From Acidimicrobiales bacterium (lineage in GTDB: Bacteria > Actinomycetota > Acidimicrobiia > Acidimicrobiales > Aldehydirespiratoraceae): a DNA stretch of 64,000 nt. The notes beneath the pieces were generated by a model. It was not told where the DNA came from. It was given only the letters and a program-made list of their open reading frames with translations, and made no database searches. The stretch lies in the NCBI GenBank assembly GCA_965207755.1, contig OZ242297.1, forward strand, positions 83,384 to 147,383, written 5' to 3'. Shown here one piece after another: positions 1 to 9,563 of this stretch. A program made the position numbers and the translations under genes. Within the stretch, counting starts at the first letter, position 1. Each line of letters opens with the position of its first letter.

Positions 1-409
1 TCTCGACTGGATCTTGGCTCGGTCGGTACTGACGCAAGCGAACCTCGGGCGAGCCCTCGTCACGAAGGACCCAAGAGGTCACCTCCTGCAGCCTGCGCGC
101 CCTCCGAATCTGGCGGGCTTCCACGGAGCCGAGGGTACGATTCCCAAGAGCTGGGGCACTGCGGAGAGTCGTCGGCATCCCCGCCTCAACCGGTGGCTTG
201 GGGAGGAAGAAGAGCGCCGATGGGCGCTTCAAGACGCCTACGAGCTTGCTGAACTGGCCTCTCGTGGGACGCGACTCCGCAGCCTCCCAGGCTCTGATCC
301 ATGCCACTGCCACATTCGCACGCTCGGCAAGCTCGCCCTGCGTGAGACCAGCCTCTTCACGAGTCCAAGCGAGAACCTGTGCAGTGATCGGTACGGTCTT
401 GTCTGCCAT
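1..409 (-). CDS. XRE-family helix-turn-helix protein, N-terminal part (ORF runs off the left edge; absent from the supplied ORF track)
   Basis: Own translation of the minus strand from ATG 409..407 gives MADKTVPITAQVLAWTREEAGLTQGELAERANVAVAWIRAWEAAESRPTRGQFSKLVGVLKRPSALFFLPKPP... This is a classic XRE HTH followed by the linker seen in HTH-ImmA/IrrE fusion proteins. The frame stays open to position 1. Confidence 0.65.
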   Translation of the reverse strand, partial: MADKTVPITAQVLAWTREEAGLTQGELAERANVAVAWIRAWEAAESRPTRGQFSKLVGVLKRPSALFFLPKPPVEAGMPTTLRSAPALGNRTLGSVEARQIRRARRLQEVTSWVLRDEGSPEVRLRQYRPSQDPVE

Positions 410-461
410 ATAACTCTGCGAATCACGCAACCGGGTTGGCGGCTACACGGAGTTCGGTGCC

Positions 462-900
462 TTGACGTCCAAGAGTCCTGAGGGGCGGCCGACGGTCCAT
501 GGCGACAGCGCCTACGGCAGCGGCGAGTTCCAGGGGCTGCTGCAGCGGAGCCGCGTCAACTCGAGGTGCCGCACCCAGCCGGCGCGCGCTCCGGGGGGCC
601 GCTTCGCCAAGGACCGCCTCGACGTCGACTTGGCCCGCGGCACAGTCACCCGCGCCGACGGGGACAGCTCGGACACGGCCCGCTCCGGGCGGGCGTGCGC
701 AGGCTGCGAGTTGCGAGACCTCTGCACCGGCGCCGCCGGCGGGCGCAGCGTGCGCGTCGGCGGCCACGAGGCGGCCCTCGCCCGCCAACAGGACCCCCGC
801 TGGAGAGCCGACTGCCGCGCCGTGCGTCCCAAAGCCGAACGCGAGTTCGCGCACCTGATGCGCCGAAGACACGGCGGCCGGCGCGCCCGCCGCCGCCCCA
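462..900 (+). pseudogene. IS1182-family (DDE) transposase, C-terminal fragment only
   Basis: The ORF 462..1019 reads VHGDSAYGSGEF...FAKDRLDVDLARGTVTRADG...CAGCELRDLCTGAAGGRSV...[35 protein letters not shown]. That matches the conserved C-terminal third of IS1182-type transposases. No N-terminal part and no inverted repeats were found. Confidence 0.6.
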
Positions 901-1252
901 CACCGCCTGAAACACCCACACCGCCCAGACCCAGACCGCCGCCAGAGCCGCCATGGTCTCGCCACCCCACGACCCCGCCAACACCCCCCATTTGGCACCA
1001 GCCACCTAGCGCCGCTTGACTGCTCCGACGCGAGATCCAATTCTCCCGTGCTGCCTTCGACGCTGGTCATTCGCGACTCCACAGCGACCAACCTAGCCCT
1101 GATCTGTCGGCGACCATGAGATCCTGCCCGGTGGCGGCCAGCAGGACTGCCCGCGTTGAAGTCCATGTCCCGTCGGGGTCCACCTCGGCGGGGTGCTCCT
1201 GCTACTCGAATGGCCGGTCACCACGACCGAAACCATTGAGCGGGAGGAGCAG

Positions 1253-2430
1253 GTGAAGTCTCGCGAGGAAATCATGAACATGTTGGAAGCGTTCGACCTG
1301 ACCGGGTCGTTCAGGGATGCCGGCGAGCTGGCCGGGGTGTCCCATCACACCGTTGCCGCCTATGTGGCCAGGCGCGACGCCCGCGAGCCGACTGGCGTCG
1401 GGCCACAGCGCAGGGAGCGGATCATCGATCCGTGGATGGGCAAAGTCGACGAGCGCGTCGAGCGGTCCCACGCGAAGATCCGCGCCGACCGGGCCTTTGA
1501 CAAGCTCAAGGCGTTGGGATTCGAGGGCTCGGAGCGCACGGTGCGCCGAGCGGAGGTGGAGGCCAACTGTCGCCGTGGCCGTCGGCGGGTGTGTCGGCCG
1601 TGGATGCCTGAGCCGGGGATGTGGGCGCAGTGTGACTGGGGCGCGGGACCGGTCATCGCCGGGCGAAGGACGAGTCTGTTCTGCGCGTGGTTGGCGTGGT
1701 CGAGGTTCCAGGTGGTGGCGCCGACCCGGGACCGCGCTCTGGTGACGGTGATCGGCTGTGTGGACCGGGCCATGCGGGTCTTCGGCCGCGCGCCGACGTA
1801 TTGGTTGACCGACAACGAGCGCACCGTCACGATCGACCACGTCGCGGGGATCGCTGTGCACCATCCGGAGATGTCAGCGGCCATTACGGGATCACGGTGG
1901 CGGCGTGTGTGCCGGCAGACCCGAGTCCAAAGGCGGCTCGGAAGCGACGGTGAGGGTCGCCAAGGCCGATCTAGTGCCCACCGACGCCAACTTGCGCAGC
2001 ACTACACCAGCTGGGCCGAGCTGGCCGAGGCCTGCGACGCGTGGGCGGCCCACATCAACAGCCGCGAGCATCGCGTGACCCGACGGCCGCCAGCGGAGAT
2101 GCTCGCTGAGGAACAGCAACGGCTTCACCGGCTGCCCGAGACCCCTACACGACGGTGTTCGGCGAGACCCGCAAAGTCGCCTGGAGCTCCACGATCAGCT
2201 TCGGCGGGGTGACCTGCTCGGTCCCGCACACCCTGGTCGATGAGACGGTGCGGGCGCGCATCGACGGCGACTGCATCGTCGTGGTGCACCGCGCGCCCTC
2301 AGGCCCCGTCGAGGTCGCCCGCCACCAGCGTTGCACGCCCGGGCGTCCGATGATCGACGACGCCCACTACCCGCCGCGCCCGACAGGGCCCCTCGGACTC
2401 CGGCCGAACCCACCGCCAGAAAGGCAGTGA
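1253..2430 (+). pseudogene. IS21-family IstA transposase, disrupted by at least two frameshifts; no IstB downstream
   Basis: The HTH N-terminus (SFRDAGELAGVSHHTVAAYV) and the core (CDWGAGPVIAGRRTSLFCAWLAWSRFQVV...TYWLTDNERTV) lie in frame 1193..2212. Homology continues in two other frames (YGITVAACVPADP..., then FGETRKVAWSSTISFGGVTCSVPHTLVDETVRARIDGDCIVVVH in 2155..2430). Confidence 0.75.
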
Positions 2431-3174
2431 CCCCACTGACCAACTGAACGGTCGGCAGAACACCTGGCCGCCAGCGGGCAATTCTGCTGGCCGCCACCGG
2501 GCAGATCCCACTGGCCGTTGACAAAGTCGAGCCTCGCTGCCATAACTGTGGCCTCCACCGGTCGGATGCTTGTGGCGCGACCGGCCATCATGGCCGATCA
2601 CTTGCATCCACCGGCGGAATCCGCCCTCCAACCAACCCCACCAACTAGCCATTCAGGTCACAGCTAGGGCTACCTGCTTGAGTTCCTCCACGCAGTCTCC
2701 GGTACACCCGGCGTCGTCCGGCACGCGCTTGGCATGCACGGTTCAGATCGTACGGACTCCGAGGTTCCAAGGGGAGCGCTTCCCCTCCTCCACAAGGACC
2801 GGTAGAGTTCGCCCAGCTAGGAGCGCATGTAGGATCAGACCGCGAATGACGACTCAAGGGACAGGTGACTTGGAGGCCAGACCAATTCTTCATTGCCTGA
2901 CGTCGACGATGCACGACAAGAGGCGCTCGCGGCCCTGCTTGCCCCGCGCCGCCCCGCGAGGCAAGATCTCAGAGAGTTCCTCATCGATACGCCGTAGGCA
3001 ATCAACGGCTTGTCACGGCCTCGGTCAGCCCGGGCCGCGTCGTGACGTTCAAAGCCCCCAGAACTCGGAGTTGCTTCGCCTGACGCTTAGCAATCAGGGC
3101 CGCTCTGCTTGTCTAGTGACTCGGCAGCCAAATCGGACATCACGATCTCCATCAGTGCTGAGCGAACGAACACA

Positions 3175-3696
3175 ATGAGCATTCAACCTGTTGATGCAGC
3201 GACATTCTCGACGTGCATGGAACAACTGCAAGAGGGCTACGTGTTTTCCGTCGCAGCAACCGCTGGCTGTCTTGTAGAGACGGTCCAGCGTGATATTCTC
3301 GGGCTTGATGTCAGGTTCATACGACAGCGAGGATCGAACCTTGAGGAGACGAGCCTTCATGCGCAACTGAAGAATACAACCACAATATCGCCAGATCTGA
3401 ACAAGCCCACGTTTCCATTCAAGTTCAAGCAGCGACGCCATTTCGATCATCTGACAAAGCAACGATCAACAATCAAGGCAATTCTCATTGTCATGGTCAC
3501 GGATCCCGACCAATCTAGGTGGTCTGACGGAGACCACAATTCTCTGTCTGTACGCAAGTGCTGTTACTGGGCGAACATCGAGGGTCATAATTCTCAAGCC
3601 ACTTATCCGACCGTTCAAGTACCTATTGGACAGACTTTCTCACCTGTTGCCCTAAACGACATTCTGGATCGCATCGAGATAGGCCAGTCCCCATGA
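3175..3696 (+). CDS. DUF4365-like PD-(D/E)xK nuclease-fold protein
   Basis: The ATG at 3175 lies inside ORF 3109..3696. EGYVFSVAATAGCLVETVQRDILGLDVRFI...SLHAQLKNT fits the DUF4365 pattern (D-G-x-D ... Q-x-K). The region is visibly AT-richer than its surroundings. The stop overlaps the next gene start by 4 nt (ATGA). Confidence 0.5.
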   Translation: MSIQPVDAATFSTCMEQLQEGYVFSVAATAGCLVETVQRDILGLDVRFIRQRGSNLEETSLHAQLKNTTTISPDLNKPTFPFKFKQRRHFDHLTKQRSTIKAILIVMVTDPDQSRWSDGDHNSLSVRKCCYWANIEGHNSQATYPTVQVPIGQTFSPVALNDILDRIEIGQSP

Positions 3697-4973
3697 GTCA
3701 TTCCGATGAGCAAACGCCCGACGACGATGACCCGACTCATCTCGAACCTGCCGATGCTCTGCGCTCCGGCAATCTCTCCAGCATGGTCGAGAGCACCCAC
3801 CCGCACCGCCTCCTAACGCTGATGAGAAACAGTGGCTGGCGCGATGTAGGCCACCGGCCGAATAGCTACACGCGCTTGCAGCGAACCAGTTCAGCCAGCC
3901 ATCAAGGCACCTCAGTGATTGTCCCACTCGATCGGGATGCCAGCGACTTCTCTCTCCTGATGGCTGCTGCCCTCGAGACCATCCGCAGGATGTGGCCGAG
4001 CACATGGCAGCGATCCATCGAACCGTTTCTTGGCCTAGAAGCCGCGGATGTGTTCAGCTTTCGCAAAGAAACGGCGGCCCCGCGCGGTCTGATCGCCTGG
4101 AACGAGGGTAGAGACTTGATTGAGAGCGCTCGCATGACTCTCGTCGCAGGTGCAAAAGCCTATCTTGAACCGTCGCGGCACTTTTCCAATCGGTTTGGCC
4201 AGTTTGCGAATCGTTACGTGGACCAAATTTTGATGGGGCAATCAGGTACGGGTAGCTATATTGTGACGGCCGTCGCTCCAGCAGAAGCAGAGGTACCGAT
4301 TGGCAAGTCTGTTGAATCAACGAAAGCAAAGAGCGGTATTCATGCGGCACGCGCCCGCGAGGTAACCGCATCTGTAATCCGCGCCCTTAAGGCCACGACG
4401 GACGCCCTCGATCACTACAAGTTATCGAAATCAATGACCGGGTTCATGGATCAAGTCGAGAGCGGTATTTCATACGAACTTGTGGTGGCACTCCGAAACA
4501 TCGCACAAGGAGGAGACCAGAGCGACATCACAGTCAGTCTTGCTCCTCTCAACCAAACCCTCTTTGATGATGAGCCTAGCATTCATAACTTCGGACTATC
4601 TGGGGGAGACACTAGTGTACTGGAGCATGCCTCCGTTCAACTCTTGGCGGAAACGCAGAAGGAGCGCGTCACCGTTGAGGGCAGAGTTCATCTACTTACC
4701 AAAAAGGAGGCGGCTGGTCCCGGCGTGGTCGGCGTGGATGACGGTGCCCACCGTTATCGCGTCCGCCTCGGCTCCGATGAGGAGTATCACGAGGCTGTGA
4801 TGGCCCATGACGAAGACCGCACAATCACGGTCGAAGGCGAGCTGTCGCGCGAGGGATCCCTCAGGTGGCTCTACGGTGCCGGTCTGTTGACCGGCCAAGC
4901 CTGCGCTCTTCGCCGATCCATCTCCGACACCAGCCAGATACAGATTGGATTCCCGGAGGAGCAGCCGGGCTAG
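3693..4973 (+). CDS. hypothetical protein (426 aa), partner of the DUF4365-like gene
   Basis: Long ORF with balanced, non-shadow composition, translationally coupled to 3175..3696. I recognise no domain. The stop lies 3 nt from an ISL3 end. Confidence 0.6.
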   Translation: MSHSDEQTPDDDDPTHLEPADALRSGNLSSMVESTHPHRLLTLMRNSGWRDVGHRPNSYTRLQRTSSASHQGTSVIVPLDRDASDFSLLMAAALETIRRMWPSTWQRSIEPFLGLEAADVFSFRKETAAPRGLIAWNEGRDLIESARMTLVAGAKAYLEPSRHFSNRFGQFANRYVDQILMGQSGTGSYIVTAVAPAEAEVPIGKSVESTKAKSGIHAARAREVTASVIRALKATTDALDHYKLSKSMTGFMDQVESGISYELVVALRNIAQGGDQSDITVSLAPLNQTLFDDEPSIHNFGLSGGDTSVLEHASVQLLAETQKERVTVEGRVHLLTKKEAAGPGVVGVDDGAHRYRVRLGSDEEYHEAVMAHDEDRTITVEGELSREGSLRWLYGAGLLTGQACALRRSISDTSQIQIGFPEEQPG

Positions 4974-4975
4974 CA

Positions 4976-5362
4976 TGGCTTCGCGCGTTTCAGGTCGTGT
5001 GAGTGTGTCGAGCAGCGCCCAGTTGGGCTTGCCGGCGTAGAGCGGGACGCGGATCCGGTAGTTGGCGAAGTCAGTGCCTGCGCGGAAACGTGGGGAGCGG
5101 GGTGGTTGAGGGTCAGCTTGCCGACCCTCAGAGCCATCTACGACATCGACGACGCCGAAGTGGGCGCCGCCACCGTGAACCAACTCGCCTGAGATCTTCA
5201 AGACCCCGGCCTGCCCCCGAGATCAACCGGCTCGGACGCACCCTGTGGACCTGGCGGCACCAGATAGCCAACTGGCACACCGCCCGAGTCACCAACGCCG
5301 CCAACGAAGCCGCCAACAACCTGATGACACGCGTCAAACGCGTCGCGTTCGGGTACTGACTT
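4976..5362. mobile_element. Back-to-back ISL3-family fragments: minus-strand transposase tail plus end (4976-5072), solo IS end (5077-5114), plus-strand transposase C-terminal fragment (about 5190-5362)
   Basis: The minus strand reads TDFANYRIRVPLYAGKPNWALLDTLTRP. The plus strand reads PEINRLGRTLWTWRHQIANWHTARVTNAANEAANNLMTRVKRVAFG. Both are typical ISL3 transposase C-terminal motifs. The end motif cctgcgcggaaacgtggggagcggggtggttgagggtc recurs at four other sites. Confidence 0.7.
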
Positions 5363-5557
5363 CATCAGTCAGATAGCTATTCTCCCAGGGGCGTGGCGGG
5401 GGCTTGGACGTTGTCGCGATGTCGGCTACCTTCAGCGGTTCTTCCAACTCCACCTGCTCACAACGCTCTCCGGGCATGAACTGCCCGCCACCGGGGCCTT
5501 TGCCTCTGCGTCGGATTGGCATACGTAGAGAATGCCGTACGGCGCAGCGTCACGGGT

Positions 5558-5980
5558 CTATCTCTTGGAGGCAGCCTCTTGAATGTCGCGGTTCAGCGTT
5601 TCCGCGGTCGCGAGGAACTTGTCCAGCCACTCCGCTGTAATCCACATCACTGTCTGCGGTCGGTTCTTGGCCTTGACGTCATGCCGGTAGAGCCGCTCGG
5701 ATGAACCTCCATCTCGGTTGTCCGTTGCCGGGTGGGAGTGGGCGAGATGGTTGCGCTCCGTCACGAACGCCTTGTACCGCTCGGCCAGTGCCTCCAACTT
5801 GGGGTCACCCTTCCACGCTTCCGTCAAGTCTCTGCTGACCTCCCCTGGAGTAGCGCCCGACAGCACGCTCAGGTCTTTGCCGGTGGCGTAGTGAACGGCG
5901 TAGATGACGCCCCACTCCACATACTGAAACCAGTAGTGAGCAAAGCCGAGCTTCAACAGATACTCGTCATCAGGCTTCAT
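5558..5980 (-). CDS. HEPN-like small protein (putative RNase; Rx4H motif ERNHLAH)
   Basis: A 140-aa ORF that looks all-helical, with ...YKAFVTERNHLAHSHP... (R-x4-H, the RNxxAH flavour of HEPN). The start overlaps the upstream stop by 4 nt (ATGA). The region is AT-richer. Confidence 0.45.
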   Translation of the reverse strand: MKPDDEYLLKLGFAHYWFQYVEWGVIYAVHYATGKDLSVLSGATPGEVSRDLTEAWKGDPKLEALAERYKAFVTERNHLAHSHPATDNRDGGSSERLYRHDVKAKNRPQTVMWITAEWLDKFLATAETLNRDIQEAASKR

Positions 5981-6384
5981 CGTGCGGGAACTGCAAGTCT
6001 TGCTCGTAGGTCAGGTTTGGGTGAGGTCGCTGAGCAAGAACTCGGATACGGTTTCGGTCTCGCGTCATTGTTTACCTTGAGGACAAATGGGTGGTCAATC
6101 TTGCTGAGGAACTTGTACTCTCGCTTCTGATATGGACTCTTTCTTGCGGTTTCAATGATGAGCCTAGTGTGCTCGCTCCTGCTGGGTTCATCGAATCTTG
6201 CTTGGCGAAGTTGATAGAACGGCACGAATAGCTTGATGACGCGGTTATCGCCGTGACGCTGATGCGAGATACGGTAGACCTCTCCTGAATTGCCGCCACC
6301 CAGGAGTTCGATTACCTCATACTCGCTCTGGTAGACATAGTCCCCTACGGCTAGAATCCCGCCACCGCCAAGACCACCGCTCAT
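5977..6384 (-). CDS. Protein-kinase N-lobe only (truncated Ser/Thr kinase-like)
   Basis: It has a glycine loop YEVIELLGGGNSGEVY, a VAIK-like RVIKLF and an alphaC Glu / HP motif (KREYKFLSKIDHPFVLKV). The sequence then degenerates. No HRD or DFG motif exists in any frame downstream. Confidence 0.55.
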   Translation of the reverse strand: MSGGLGGGGILAVGDYVYQSEYEVIELLGGGNSGEVYRISHQRHGDNRVIKLFVPFYQLRQARFDEPSRSEHTRLIIETARKSPYQKREYKFLSKIDHPFVLKVNNDARPKPYPSSCSATSPKPDLRARLAVPAR

Positions 6385-6698
6385 TGCTCCATCTCCGGTA
6401 GTGGCAAGCGAACAGCGGCTACACCTGTCTTGGGATCGATGTCATGAGCTTCGAGCAGCGACCTTAGCCGCTCAAGCTCACGGTGCGTGGAGGAAGCCGT
6501 CACTGTATCGATATCGAGGCAGTCCTTCACCAACTTGCTAAACAGCTTGCCGTTGTGGGTGGACTTGCCCAGATATCGGCGCTCTATCGCCGACTTCGAA
6601 TGCTCGCCGCTCTTCCACTCCTCATACATCTGCTCGACCGTCGCGCGGTCGAGCCCGTAATGCTCCAGCATCATGACGTCACATGGGACGGCTTGCAA
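6381..6698 (-). CDS. small hypothetical protein, possible HTH (first gene of a three-gene cassette)
   Basis: A 105-aa ORF (alternative starts at 6674 and 6671). It shares an ATGA overlap with the kinase-like gene. The composition is coding-like and the DNA is AT-richer. Confidence 0.4.
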   Translation of the reverse strand: MQAVPCDVMMLEHYGLDRATVEQMYEEWKSGEHSKSAIERRYLGKSTHNGKLFSKLVKDCLDIDTVTASSTHRELERLRSLLEAHDIDPKTGVAAVRLPLPEMEQ

Positions 6699-6905
6699 CA
6701 GTCAGATGACCCAACCGGCGCCGCCGGGACTTCATCGGCACATGCCCGACACGCGACACTCGCTCGCCACGCTGCCGCTCCGCAGACAGCGTCCGCGCCC
6801 GTGCCAGACAGGTGGGGTGCCGCCCCGATCCTGAGCGCCCCGACAGACTCGGGGCCGTATCGCATGCGACCCTGCCATGGCGACCGACGGGCCCGGCGCC
6901 GCCGG

Positions 6906-7627
6906 CTAGGCAACTCGATTCCGCCGCGGCGAGCCGCCGCGTTTCGCCGGGTACCAGAAATGGCGGCCACCTGCCGCGTGGGGCTCGCGGGCATGACGCA
7001 ATGGTAGCCGGAGCGACCGCCGACCGGCCCAAGCTAGGCGGGTGGTGCGTTGCGGCAGGTCAGCCACGCCGGGCACGACGGTGGCGTTGAACAGCAGCGC
7101 CACGCTGGCCACCCCGCCGCACGCCGCCGGTCGCTGCGGACGCGCCGCCCAGGCCGCGGCGTGGAGCCCGACGGCCACCGCCACCATGGCGGGCCAGGAC
7201 CCGAGGAAGGTGGGCCGGAGGTAGAATCCCGACAGGAACCAGTGCATGTGGGCCGGCGCCGCGGTGAGCACCAGAACCACAGCGACGGCGGCCCGCTGGA
7301 CCCGGGGCGTGTATCCGACCGCCCGCGACAGCCCCAGCGCCCCCCACGGCACGAGCACGAGCAGGCCGAGGCGCCCGCGGCCGTCTGGCCGTGCACCGGG
7401 TCGGTGAAGCGCATCCAGGCGTGGCCCAGCGGCGGGTAGTTCACGCCGATGGCCTGGTCACCGTGGAACCAGTCCGACCAGCCCCGCCAGTCCCACCACG
7501 GAAGGGTCCGCAGCCACTGCGCCGCCGCGGTGTGGCCGACCATGTCGCCGTCGGGAACGCCGCCGTTGCGGGCCGCCGCACACCACGCGGCCCCGACCGT
7601 CGCAGCCACCGCGTTCCCCGCCGACAC
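6906..7627 (-). pseudogene. polytopic membrane protein, frameshifted
   Basis: The N-terminal part (WLRTLPWWDWRGWSDWFHGDQAIGVNYPPLGHAWMRF) lies in frame 7034..7627. The hydrophobic continuation (AAVAVVLVLTAAPAHMHWFLSGFYLRPTFLGSWPAMVAVAVGL) lies in frame 6906..7358. Confidence 0.4.
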
Positions 7628-7717
7628 CCAAACCGCAGCAAGACCCGCTACGAGGTCCGCGACAGACTTCTCGATGTCTTACCGCGTTCCCCGCCGACAC
7701 CCAAACCGCAGCAAGAC
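7608..7717. repeat. DR37-N36-DR37 structure (exact 37-bp direct duplication around a 36-bp insert, period 73)
   Basis: accgcgttccccgccgacacccaaaccgcagcaagac occurs at 7608-7644 and again at 7681-7717. The flanks differ. The duplicated segment includes the GTG start region (MSAGNAV) of the membrane-protein pseudogene. Confidence 0.9.
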
Positions 7718-8456
7718 GCCGCCGCTCAGCACGGGCCTCGCTGGCACCCGGCCCGGCGTCGTCCGCACCCGACGAGCAGGAGTAGGCGGCCCCGGCCGAT
7801 GCCCGTCGCCCAGGCCTTGGCCCGGAACCGGCCCTGCCGCCACATCAGGTGCTCGTCGAGCCCCAGCGCCGACACATCTGAGATCCTCTCGGCGCCGGCT
7901 GCGAGCAGCGCGCAGCCCCAGCGGCGCACCGGCGCGTTCACCGGATGCCGGCTGCAGCCCAACTCCCGCGCGATGTCGTCGTGGGAGCGGCCCCGCCCGG
8001 ACCGGCGCGTCGCCCAGCGCCCCGCCCGCGCCGTCAGCCCCTCGCGCTCGGGAGCGACCCGCGGATCCTGCTCGGTCACGGTCCACGCCGCGCCGTCCGG
8101 GTCCCCGCAGCGCCACCCGCGCCTGCTGCACCAGCCTCCAAGGCCGCCCGAACGCCGGCAGGTCCACCAGCTCCACCCCCCGATCGCCGTCAGAGCACAG
8201 CCGCCCGCCGCAGGCCCCACAGCCCGGCCGCGGCGCCCGACGGCGGACACGCACCCGCAGCGGCTCCCCGGCCCCGTCGTCGACGCCGAGCACCTCCACG
8301 TCGCCCAGCCCCAACATCAGCTCACACGCGCGCAGGGGTTGCCTCCCACAGGGATCCTCCAGATGCTCGGCTGCCTGGCGGCGCCGAATATGGGGGATCC
8401 CTCGCGTTCAGCCGCGGATGGTCAGCGCCCTACTCCGACCTCAAACGCGAAGCGCC
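7680..8456 (-). mobile_element. ISL3-family element (subtype 2), 5' part only: left end plus frameshifted transposase N-terminus
   Basis: The zf-ISL3-like CGACGGRLCSDGDRGVELVDLPAFGRPWRLV, then RCGDPDGAAWTVTEQDPR...GLDEHLMWRQGRFRAKAWATGI, are split over two frames. The terminal 106 bp (8351-8456) recur at 15702-15807. Confidence 0.7.
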
Positions 8457-9059
8457 GGTTTGAGCGAGGACCTTGTGGGATGCATAATGGACGAGCCTCC
8501 AAGTACTGTTCTTCGAGGAAGCCGCGAGCCCCGGAGGGCCAGTCCGAGGATCCTGTAGGGTCGCCTAGGACGGGAGCCGGGGCTCACGCATGCATGGGCC
8601 CGGTCAGCCCACGTAGCGAACTTCCGTCACAGTGAGGTTCCTCTGCAAGAAGCTGAATCCCGCCGATTGGCCGTCGGTGAGGTGCTCCCGGACCACGCCG
8701 GCGAGGGCGTCGGGGTACCACAACAAGGGCTCGGCCTTCGTGCGCCAGTCGTAGCTGAAGGTTGCGGACGTCCGCTCGCGGAAGCAGTTGAGGATCACGG
8801 AGCGGCCGCGTCCGTCCTCACGCTGGCCGCGTGACTCGATGACGAGATGTCCGACACCCTCGCTGTGACCCCGCCCTCTCCCTGGCAGCGCCGAACGGAC
8901 CTGCGAAGCGTCGCGGTCGACCGGATCTCTGCGGGCCTTCAGCCCTTGATGAGCGTCTCGCGGTGGCGTCTCATCGCTGGTGCAAAAAGCGGCACGGGCG
9001 TAGGTTTCCTTCGACGAGTTGTCCGCTCAAGAAGGAGGCCTGCACCGGGGCCTGCATGA

Positions 9060-9500
9060 GTGTCGCCCACCGAAGCTGTCCGCGCCGAGATCGACGAGTT
9101 GTCCGGCTCGGGTCGTGACATCGCAGAGATCCTCGAGGAGGTGATGCGCCTGTGGGCGCGGGCTGTGCTGCTGCAGGTCCTCGAGGAGGAGGTCACCTCC
9201 TGGCTGGGCCGGGACTGGGCCTCCCGCGCCGGCGGCGAACGGGCCGGGCAGCGCAACGGGTTCCGCGACGTGACGGTCAAGTCCACCGCGGGGCCGGTCT
9301 CCTTGAAGCGTCCGAAGCTGCGCAACACCGCCGCGGCGTCGCGTCGCAGCTTCGACGCCGGGTCAAAGTCATCGGCCGGCTCCCCGGCGAGGCCTCCTCC
9401 CCCACCCTGGTGTCAGCCGTGCTCGACCGGGCCTCACCAGGCTGGCGCGGCCTCACCTACACACCCGCCGTCGCCTGCCACCTCGCGGAGCGCCGCTGCC
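9060..9500 (+). pseudogene. IS256-family (Mutator-type) transposase remnant: N-terminal about 95 aa joined to a short C-terminal piece
   Basis: VLLQVLEEEVTSWLGRDWASRAGGERAGQRNGFRDVTVKSTAGPVSLKRPKLRN matches the IS256 N-terminus. VIGRLPGEASSPTLVSAVLDRASPGW (frame 9152..9610) matches the IS256 C-terminus. The whole catalytic core is missing. Confidence 0.65.
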
Positions 9501-9563
9501 GCCTACAGCAACCCCGCCACACCGACCACGCGCAGATCGCAACAGTCGCACGAGCGGTCCAAC

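Noticed and set aside
5977-6384. Calling an active Ser/Thr protein kinase
   Set aside because: Only the N-lobe (glycine loop, VAIK Lys, alphaC Glu) is present. No HRD or DFG catalytic or activation motifs exist in any frame downstream.
8604-8798. 64-aa ORF (…LLWYPDALAGVVREHLTDGQS…) as a gene
   Set aside because: It looks like the C-terminal end of a larger protein whose upstream part is missing or frame-broken. No family was recognised and the support is too weak to annotate.
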